The notes under the pieces were generated by a model. It saw nothing but the letters and a program-made list of their open reading frames with translations, was not told the DNA's origin and searched no databases. 64,000 bases of DNA, from the NCBI GenBank assembly GCA_004764695.1, contig SMSO01000035.1, forward strand, positions 1,364,001 through 1,428,000. The letters run 5' to 3'. Origin of the DNA: Schizochytrium sp. TIO01 (lineage: Eukaryota > Protista > Bigyra: Labyrinthulomycetes). Shown here piece after piece: positions 55,998 to 64,000 of this stretch. Both the position numbers and the translations under genes were made by a program. The number at the start of each line of letters is the position of its first letter. Position 1 is the stretch's first letter.

Positions 55998-56960
55998 ATG
56001 ACTGCTGCTCCCGAGACTGCGGCTAATCTTGCCACACCCAAGACCCGAGTCGTCAGGTTCTCGTTTTCCTCGGTAAGCGAGACAGGGCTTGCAGAAAATA
56101 TAAGCAACGCACAGCAACAACTGCAGGAACAGGAAGACTTGGATGTCCAAGAATCACAAGAGATTGAACCTGTAAGTGTGGCCTCGCAAGCATCAACGAA
56201 AGCAACTATGGTCACAACAGCAATGCAAGACGCGGCGCCTGAGGAGTCCTTTCCCATGTTTAGACCAACAACAATTGTTCCGCAAGATGAGGAAGACGAT
56301 GATTATGACGCAACCCAATTTGGAGGCGGGGCATATACAGCGTCGTCCTCACTTTCGTCACTCTCTTCGAATACAGCCTATAGACCTGTCAGTAAACCCC
56401 GCCCTAAAGGCTTCCTGTCACATATCTTTGCCGCCGACAATGCCAATGCTAATCGCCCTCCTGCTAATCCTTCCTCTGCTTCTGCCTCCGCAGCTTCGTC
56501 CCTTTCATCATCCGTTGCCTCACAGGGATACAAGAGAACCAAATCTCTTGAAGACGCAACACAAGCAGCCATGTACAATGATAATCGCATGTCAAACAAT
56601 AGCGGCGCATCAGCTGCACACCCGGAACGACCGCCACCAATTACGCGGTCCAGGTCTTGGGCTACGGAAGCGGATGGTGCTCAGGGCCGGAACCGCATGG
56701 CGAATTCACCCATGTCTGAAGGCACTCTATTTTTGGACAAATCCTTGGTGCTACGCTTTAGTGAAGGCACTGAAGCAAACATGCCTACAGTGGAGCTTCA
56801 TAAATGTAGACACTGCTCCAAGTTATATCCCCGCACTGTTGGCAGCCCAAATTGGAATATCCCACAGGATGATCAGCCGAAGTCTCTTTTTTGTAGTGGT
56901 GAGTGTTATCTCACACAAGCTGTGATCCGATCGAAGCGTAGTCAACAGCAGCATATGTGA
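55998..56960 (+). CDS. Intrinsically disordered protein with a C-terminal FCS-type (FLZ/MYM/TRASH-like) zinc finger
   Basis: 320-aa S/A/T-rich ORF ending in CRHC-x24-FCSGEC. Confidence 0.75.
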   Translation: MTAAPETAANLATPKTRVVRFSFSSVSETGLAENISNAQQQLQEQEDLDVQESQEIEPVSVASQASTKATMVTTAMQDAAPEESFPMFRPTTIVPQDEEDDDYDATQFGGGAYTASSSLSSLSSNTAYRPVSKPRPKGFLSHIFAADNANANRPPANPSSASASAASSLSSSVASQGYKRTKSLEDATQAAMYNDNRMSNNSGASAAHPERPPPITRSRSWATEADGAQGRNRMANSPMSEGTLFLDKSLVLRFSEGTEANMPTVELHKCRHCSKLYPRTVGSPNWNIPQDDQPKSLFCSGECYLTQAVIRSKRSQQQHM

Positions 56961-57846
56961 ACAGTCTTTCTCATTACGGCATTCTGTCCTCACTTGTATA
57001 GTGTCTATACGAGGATATGCCTTCACAGCAGTCACTGAAATGGCTGTCAACTGGAACAAGCTCTGTAATTCCTCCTTCTTCTGAACTCTGTCAACATCAC
57101 CAAGTCAAGTGAACATTTCGCTTGTGTGACATCATGGTGTAGACCCTATATATAGATGTCCATTCATCACCTGCACAGTCCCTCTCCTAGTAGAGGACCT
57201 GTTGTACTCAAAATATCTATTGTCCTGACCTATTCTATGGCTTTCTTTAATCCTGAAAGTACCAGTCAAGTACTTGTATCTCGCGTTGGGAGGTGTTTTT
57301 CTTGATCCGACTGCTCCCCATCTATACCTGCTTCAATTGTCTCTCACTGATCTATCTAATTTGGTCAATCGGAGTCGTGAGCTCTTAACTTAAACGATGG
57401 GCCGCCATTTTATTTTTATAAATCTATCAAACTATTTTACGTCAAGTTTTTCGATGTTGCCTTCCCTTGCTTGTAGGAAGCATACCTTGAATCAGTTCAC
57501 TAGAGTTATGTTTAAAAACATCATTTCCCCATTCTCACGATGGAAGACTTTTGTTAATAAATATGGTTTCACCCAAACGCAGGAAAGCATAAATATTGCA
57601 TATCGAAGGTCAAGTGATACATTATTGTAGAGTTAAGTCAATATTTGGAAATTGAAATACACTGTGCTGATAAGTTGGCCAACCGAACAGCTAGAAATCG
57701 TCTATCTCCATGTTTTGTAAAAATATATTTATATATACATTTAGAAGTCGATTTTTTTTTTGGCTCAGTTAACAAAACAAAATTATAAGCAGTTTATATA
57801 CTGGTATTTGGAAATCTTCAGTGGTCAGTTTCCTTCCTCTCGAAAA

Positions 57847-59277
57847 TCAGGTAAATTCAGCTAAGAAGGCCTCTGCGTATGCTTCAGCAGAAAGGATTTC
57901 GTGATTATCCGTCACAGCGAGTGTGGTTTCGATCCGCTCGATCATCGTTACATCTCGATCACTGGCCGGGACCCAACCTCTCTCTAGGTAATATCTGAAC
58001 ATATCTACTTGTGCAAGCTCTACTAGGCGTAAAAGTTTTTCTGGAGGCAGAGCTGCGAAACGTGGGCAAATTTCAACCAGAGTCCCCCAGTAATGCTCTA
58101 CAAGGTGCGCCATATCTTCGAAGTAATCCCCCTTTGCATCAGGAAAGCACAGATAAGCAATGTCCACACAACCTAAACCAAGACCTGTGAATTGAAAATC
58201 AACACCAGCACAAGATTCATCGCTTAGAAATAGGTTTGCTGCCTTCAGGTCTCCATGAATCACTGTTACAAAATCTTGCAAGGCTCTTGAAAGCTTGAGG
58301 CAAAGATCTCGCAAAGGAGCACCATCCTCTTTTCCAAAATTATCCATGGGGTGTAAAAGAGCATTCAAGGCAATACGAGCATTATTTACTCGAGCGCCAA
58401 GTGTTTTAATACCAGGTTTGGCTAGAATAGCAGGCTGTTTTTTCCCAAGGTATTGCGAGCATTGCGGCCAGCTAGAGGAAGGTTTGCTATCATTCGGATT
58501 ACCGCTACGCAATGAGCACTTTCCAAGACTCCAAAAAGCGCCCGACATCCACCCCCCTGGTCCCTCAATTTCTGCCCTGTTCCGAGCAAGCAGTTGGAGA
58601 GCTTCGTGACGTGCCTTCGCCGCAAACAGCGCACCGTGAAAATTAGCGATCCAGCTTACTGCAAGCTCTGCATCAAGGCCCTTAAGAAAGTCCGGGTGCC
58701 TCGGAAACGCAACACGGAGATCCTCAAGCGCAAATGCGTAATCTCCTCGCTTGGGCTCTGTTTCTACGCCCAAACACGCTGGAATAGCGCAAGTTGGAGC
58801 CAAGACTCTCAATTCTGGCGCCATTCGAGCATAGAATCTTGCTTCCATTGCATAAGATCTTGCCAGAAATTCCTCGCGCGGGCTAAATCCGCTTTCGGCC
58901 CCGAGGTCAACAAGTTTGCAAATAATCAATGGCGCCTTATCTAAAGAAAGAGATGCCTCAAAAACTGGTGTTGACCTCCCGCCTGTGAAGGCCTCTCCCA
59001 CAGTCTTCTGTACCGCCAAGCCTTGCTCTGCATGTTTCAAAACAGCTTCACCTTTTAGGTCAAGGTCCTTGGCATTTTTTTTGAGCGCCTCCAAGAGTTT
59101 CACGCCATCTAAGTCGCGCAAGGCTCTTGCAAGAGCGCCCTCTGCAGCCAAATCGGCGTCCTTTCCGCCTTTGCCTCGTGTCTTCGTGGCCTTTCCTCCA
59201 CTTGTTGACGTATTCAATGCGCCATTCGAGGTAGATGAACTTGCCCGAGCGGCCTGGGCCTTCTTGCCGCGTGCCAT
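57847..59277 (-). CDS. Ecdysteroid kinase-like (EcKL) / APH-choline kinase-fold small-molecule kinase
   Basis: Motifs SYAMEARFY, ALEDL, Brenner motif VIHGDLKAANL and VDFQFTGLGLGCVDIAY; first ATG (MARGKK) at 59277. Confidence 0.8.
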   Translation of the reverse strand: MARGKKAQAARASSSTSNGALNTSTSGGKATKTRGKGGKDADLAAEGALARALRDLDGVKLLEALKKNAKDLDLKGEAVLKHAEQGLAVQKTVGEAFTGGRSTPVFEASLSLDKAPLIICKLVDLGAESGFSPREEFLARSYAMEARFYARMAPELRVLAPTCAIPACLGVETEPKRGDYAFALEDLRVAFPRHPDFLKGLDAELAVSWIANFHGALFAAKARHEALQLLARNRAEIEGPGGWMSGAFWSLGKCSLRSGNPNDSKPSSSWPQCSQYLGKKQPAILAKPGIKTLGARVNNARIALNALLHPMDNFGKEDGAPLRDLCLKLSRALQDFVTVIHGDLKAANLFLSDESCAGVDFQFTGLGLGCVDIAYLCFPDAKGDYFEDMAHLVEHYWGTLVEICPRFAALPPEKLLRLVELAQVDMFRYYLERGWVPASDRDVTMIERIETTLAVTDNHEILSAEAYAEAFLAEFT

Positions 59278-60269
59278 GCCTATGGAGATTGAACAAATCC
59301 TCACAGAAATGCTTCGTTGTGGCAAAATAGTGACTATGTGCAATTTACGACTATCCAAGTCTTCTCTTTAGCCTTATACTTAGTAGGTAACAAACAGTAT
59401 ATAGCATAAAGTTCACAAACCTTCGAACAACTTTCTAACATTCCACTCATGGCTTCAAAACATGAATCTATATTCTCTCCCTCTCTCTCAACTCAGGAAG
59501 ATAGATGTAATTGGATGTGGATCCAATGCATTCTTTGTGAGCTTTTTCCACGAAACTGTATTCTGCAAATTAATCCCAATGGATAAAGGAGAATTGAAAC
59601 TCGCAACCGCTTGCCTTATGATCTCCTTGGCTTGAACCACATGTACGCACACTTGCGAACACGCATCAAGATGACGGCCAACGCAGGATTCGCAGGTGGT
59701 AATCGATCGCTCTTGCAGGAACATCCATTCCCTTCTTTGTGCCGCTCATTCGCAGTATCAAACTTACTTACTTCAAATTCGACAAAAGATTGGTTCGCGA
59801 ACGATCCCTATGGCTGCTAACATACTCAGATGCTGCATCGAAGCTGTGCAAAACCAGGCCCAAGCACGAAGAATACAACGACTTATCCTGAGCAATACGT
59901 TGTCAGTCACAAAAGCTCAATACCTTCAAAGAAAATGACAATAGATGAATTGCATGCATGAATTGAAAGTCAATGGGAAGAAAAAAGACCATGTAAATAA
60001 TAGCTCGTAAGTATACAATACTTATCATTACGGCGTGAAATTAGGCTAAATTGGATCACATTCACAGCGTTCAGCATCTTTCGCTCGCTCACAATCTGCT
60101 GTGACGACAGAAGAGTCCGTCTAGGCCAAATATCAAAAGCAGTTCGCCTTCGCTTTGGTCGACGTCGGCTCGAAGAGGCAGTGCCACGCGGTTGTATTGA
60201 AGGACAAAAGCAAAGTTGAAACTTACTCATCGCTGTAGGTGCAAACGAATCAGTTGTCGAGAGGTCAAC

Positions 60270-61721
60270 ATGTCGCTTCTGGAGTCCGCTGCAGCAGAGC
60301 TGGGCGTTGCTCTAGAACCTGGTGTCGAGACTGAAGGTGACCAAGAAAACAAAACCCTCGCGTCCAGATGGTTTGCAGAGCAAATGGACACTCGTGATGA
60401 GCTTGCTAGTCTGCGAGATCAATTCCTCTTTCCCAGGGCAGCTCGCGGTGCAAATGCTTCGGACGCAAAAGATGCTCAGACCGTCGACAAAGACGACCTT
60501 AACGCTAAGAAATCCCTTGCAGAGAAGGAGTGTGTTTACTTGTGTGGAAATTCTCTTGGATTGCAGCCTCGCAAAGCTCGCGAGTATGTATCCGAGGAGC
60601 TTGACAAGTGGGCAGAGCTCGCCGTAGAGGGTCACTTCACGGACCCGAGACCTTGGGTCACTGTTGATGAGCTTTGCGTAGACGACATGGCTGCTGTAGT
60701 TGGTGCCAAAAGTAGCGAAGTGGCTATTATGAACAGCCTCAGTGTGAATCTTCATCTAATGATGGTCTCTTTTTACAGGCCTAATGGCGCTCGTTGCAAG
60801 ATCTTGGTGGAGGGCAAAAGCTTTCCTTCAGATTGGATTGCAACCCGTTCTCAGATCAAAGAAAAGGGATTTGATCCTGACGAGTGTCTCATAGAGCTCC
60901 GACCTCGCTCCGGTGAAGAAACTCTTCGAACCGAGGATATCGAGGCTGCCATTGAGGAGCATGCTGATTCTCTTGCGCTGGTGATGCTGTCTGGAATCCA
61001 GTACTACACTGGACAAGCCTTTGAAATGGATAAAATTGCAAAAGCTGTGCGCAAACACTGCGGAGATGAATGCCGAGTTGGTTTCGACCTGGCTCACGCC
61101 GTTGGTAACCTTGAACTCAAGCTGCACGAGTGGGGTGTAGATTTTGCTTGCTGGTGCACCTACAAGTACTTGAACAGTGGCCCTGGCGGAATCGGAGGCT
61201 GCTTTGTACATGAGAGGTTTGGCGATGGAAAGGATCTTGTGCGTTTTGAAGGTTGGTGGGGCCACCGCAAGACTGACCGCTTCAAGATGGAGCCTAACTT
61301 TATTCCTAGCCAAGGTGCATTTGGTTGGCAGCTGAGCAATCCGTGTGTGCTTCCTATTGCAACACTTAGAGCTTCTCTCGAGCTATTTCGCGAGGCTACC
61401 ATGCCTCGACTTCGAGCAAAGTCTGAGTCCCTCACCCGCTATCTCGAGCTGCTTCTGGAGTCTGAGTTGCCCGAGGGGACATGCAAATCTATCACTCCGG
61501 GATATGATCGTCGCCATGAACGCGGTTGCCAGCTATCTCTTGTTTTTAGCCAACCTGTAAAAGCTGTCCATGTCGAGGTTGAAAAACGTGGTGTCATCTG
61601 CGACATGCGTGAGCCAGATGTCATGCGTATTGCTCCTGCCCCACTCTACAACTCTTATGTAGATGTATGGGAGTTTGTGCAGATCCTTAAGGAATGCCTT
61701 TCTCAGAAATCTTCGGCATAG
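60270..61721 (+). CDS. KYNU: Kynureninase (PLP-dependent)
   Basis: Motifs YLCGNSLGLQP, MNSLSVNLHL, FPSD, QYYTGQ, FDLAHAVGN, DFACWCTYKYLNSGPG (PLP Lys), GWWGH and APAPLYNS; first ATG at 60270. Confidence 0.96.
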   Translation: MSLLESAAAELGVALEPGVETEGDQENKTLASRWFAEQMDTRDELASLRDQFLFPRAARGANASDAKDAQTVDKDDLNAKKSLAEKECVYLCGNSLGLQPRKAREYVSEELDKWAELAVEGHFTDPRPWVTVDELCVDDMAAVVGAKSSEVAIMNSLSVNLHLMMVSFYRPNGARCKILVEGKSFPSDWIATRSQIKEKGFDPDECLIELRPRSGEETLRTEDIEAAIEEHADSLALVMLSGIQYYTGQAFEMDKIAKAVRKHCGDECRVGFDLAHAVGNLELKLHEWGVDFACWCTYKYLNSGPGGIGGCFVHERFGDGKDLVRFEGWWGHRKTDRFKMEPNFIPSQGAFGWQLSNPCVLPIATLRASLELFREATMPRLRAKSESLTRYLELLLESELPEGTCKSITPGYDRRHERGCQLSLVFSQPVKAVHVEVEKRGVICDMREPDVMRIAPAPLYNSYVDVWEFVQILKECLSQKSSA

Positions 61722-62341
61722 TCCTCATTCACATCTACATTACATTTTAAAACATAGAAGCAACCTAATTTAGCCTGAAATTGAAAAAAGTTGTCAAGGT
61801 AGGGATTTATTGGAGATTTACCAGAAAGGTATCTTCCATGGTTAATTTCTTGTGATGTAGCGTTAAGTGCTTCAACTCCCCATTTTTAGGAACATTCGAA
61901 CCTGTTGAAGAAAGCTATCAATTACAGCTAATGAATTTAAATGGACTCAAAATGTTTGAATCGACAACAGCTTCTTATTTTAAGATGAACAACGAAGATG
62001 CTAATTTTCGCTTTGCCTGACCTGATATATATCGATCACTATATACAGTATATGTTAGTACAAGACAGCGTCAACTAAGAAGGATTACGTTGTCTCTTGT
62101 TCTGCGCAAAATTCTGTAAGGTCCATACCAGCACACAAGTAGTATGATAAAGAGATAGCGAATTGAAAATGTTGTGCTTTATAACTAAATAGCATTCTTT
62201 CATAGCTAGAGTATACGTGAACATTTTATGTAAACGGAGCTGGAGAACATCACATTCGATTGAGAAAACTAATATGACATTTTAAAAGAATGAAATCACG
62301 TCATGCAACCTTAAACCAAGAACAAATTACGCTAAGTCTTT

Positions 62342-64000
62342 TTATCCTGTAATCCAATTAGAGTACTTTAATACTGGCACAGAACCAAATTTCTTCATCT
62401 CGTCCTGAATGCGCCGTGCTTCAGCTTCTTCTTCAGGACCTCCATTGAATTTAAGCGTCATATCATGCTTGTTGAGAGCCTCAAGTTTACGCAGCATTCG
62501 AATCGCTAAGTTGTAGGCTTCGTAAATTGATTCCATCACCCATTTGAGAGAATGTACCTTGAAGTGGACTTGCACTTGGTCAACAACTTGCACAGTTCGT
62601 GGCGGATCGGAGAAGCGAAACACTTTGTTCGTATAGTCACACGTTTGTACCCACATGTCAGTCATTACTGAAGTTTCTTTGTTCTGCCCCTGTGCAAAAT
62701 AATTTAACTCGTAAGCAGTAACGATAAGGTCTCCAAGATGCACTGCAAAGTCAATCACAATCTCTGATGGAGGAGCTGGAGTAAATTCGCATCCGCCGCG
62801 AGGATCCGAGGGTCGCAGGACTTGTGGAAAAGTTCTTGGACTTGGGTTCGTCATCACATTGCGTGCTTCTGTTAACGCCACGACAAGATCATGCAGACAG
62901 TGTTGGGCATCCAGCGTCTGTTGCTCGGAAGGTGCGCTTGCGTATAGAACATCATCTTCCCCTACTGCTTGATTATCCTGTAAACTTTCTAGGAACTCAT
63001 TGAGCTTTAACACCTGAGAATGTACCTGGTGGTGGACCTCGTAGACCTGATCCAGCATCCAAGGGTGGTTCGGCTGGTGAAGCTGGGTGCGAAATTGATG
63101 ATGAGACCCACTAGAGACAAAACCAGGTCGTCTTGAGACCAAGGATCGAGATGCTTTATGCAAACGTAAGTCTATATCTGCATAGCGGATGTAATACCCA
63201 TCCAGAAGTAATGAAACGTCCATCCAAGTGCTAGAAGAGGTTGAATAAGATACAGATGGTGCAGCCGAGGAAGTTGCCTCACCATGCCCAATGTGTAGAC
63301 CTTTTCGGGTTAAATTTCGAAGGCCGCTAGAGATTGATGTAGGTGACATCCCTGAATGGTTTTGTGTAGATGAAGTGCTGTTTTTAGAATGTCTGTGCGC
63401 CATATGCAAGCCCCCTTCGCAGGCTTTTCTGGCCATAAGCTGTGCCTGCTGCATCTGAAGTTGTGCAATTAGTTCATCACCTGTGGCGGGAGCACTGCCT
63501 AGTGGAGGTGCACTAGGAGGTTCCACCATGGTCGCGGGAGTCGATGCCTCCTTGTTTTTAGCCACGGAAGCGCGACTGGCGGGCCTGTTACGCAGGATAT
63601 GCAATGGGCTTGGTAGTCTCGCAGCTCGAGAACTTGTTGCAGATACACCTGAGGCTATGCTCTGATTGCTATTAAAGGCTTTATTGCTTTCTGGAGTAGG
63701 GGATCGTAGAAGCTGCCGAGAACTTGGAAGTGCAGCAGGACCGGAAGCGGTAGATGATGCAGAAGAAAGTAGGTGATGTCTCTCGAGGTCCCTTCGACCC
63801 CTCTTTATGTTTCCATGTGAAGATGTTTCAGAGTTAGCTGGTACAAGGGAGGGAGTCGCTGGCGATAGTGGCGGGGCTTTAGTGTTGATTCCAAGCGTCG
63901 GTGGCAGCGGCGGGGTACTTCCTCCAGACGATGGGGCCTGGGCAGGGTCAATTTCAAGCATGAGCTGCTCCAGGAGTTTGACGATTTTGCTGAGTGTATA
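62342..64000 (-). CDS. ROGDI: Rogdi / RAVE subunit 2-like protein, 5' end beyond the window
   Basis: Frame open to the window edge; C-terminal LTEARNVMTNP..FP...FTPAPPSEIVIDFAVHLGDLIVTAYEL and VQVVDQVQV resemble Rogdi; large S/P-rich insert. Confidence 0.68.
   Translation of the reverse strand, partial: YTLSKIVKLLEQLMLEIDPAQAPSSGGSTPPLPPTLGINTKAPPLSPATPSLVPANSETSSHGNIKRGRRDLERHHLLSSASSTASGPAALPSSRQLLRSPTPESNKAFNSNQSIASGVSATSSRAARLPSPLHILRNRPASRASVAKNKEASTPATMVEPPSAPPLGSAPATGDELIAQLQMQQAQLMARKACEGGLHMAHRHSKNSTSSTQNHSGMSPTSISSGLRNLTRKGLHIGHGEATSSAAPSVSYSTSSSTWMDVSLLLDGYYIRYADIDLRLHKASRSLVSRRPGFVSSGSHHQFRTQLHQPNHPWMLDQVYEVHHQVHSQVLKLNEFLESLQDNQAVGEDDVLYASAPSEQQTLDAQHCLHDLVVALTEARNVMTNPSPRTFPQVLRPSDPRGGCEFTPAPPSEIVIDFAVHLGDLIVTAYELNYFAQGQNKETSVMTDMWVQTCDYTNKVFRFSDPPRTVQVVDQVQVHFKVHSLKWVMESIYEAYNLAIRMLRKLEALNKHDMTLKFNGGPEEEAEARRIQDEMKKFGSVPVLKYSNWITG

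Noticed and set aside
56176-56925. 249-aa alternative-frame ORF overlapping the zinc-finger gene
   Set aside because: Begins at GTG and has R/H/L/P-rich off-frame composition typical of low-complexity coding DNA

Overview
Eukaryotic nuclear DNA with compact, mostly intronless genes. Gene content and composition suggest a thraustochytrid/labyrinthulomycete-like stramenopile (inference, not verified). Genes in order: PRC1/Ase1/MAP65, a hypothetical protein, a PPC/DUF296 protein, GPI ethanolamine-phosphate transferase (PIG-O/GPI13), a bestrophin/UPF0187 channel, a tail-less myosin, two tandem bubblegum-type long-chain acyl-CoA synthetases, a hypothetical coiled-coil protein, EME1-like, RPB11 (3 exons), a VTI1-like SNARE (2 exons), a disordered protein with a C-terminal FCS-type zinc finger, an EcKL/APH-like kinase, kynureninase, and a 5'-truncated Rogdi/RAV2. 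Three gene-poor tracts (about 16-26.5 kb, 29.5-34 kb and 44-56 kb) hold decayed coding-like fragments, A/T-rich spacers and many 4-nt-period repeats. The most notable observations are very long strand-specific ATG-free leaders (about 1.6 kb, 0.9 kb and 0.87 kb), an FLZ-like zinc-finger protein, a myosin with no neck or tail and a Ser at the TEDS site, a pervasive 4-bp duplication signature, and a roughly 3.5 kb decayed foreign-looking block. I found no rRNA, tRNA, CRISPR array or intact mobile element. All counts were made by eye.
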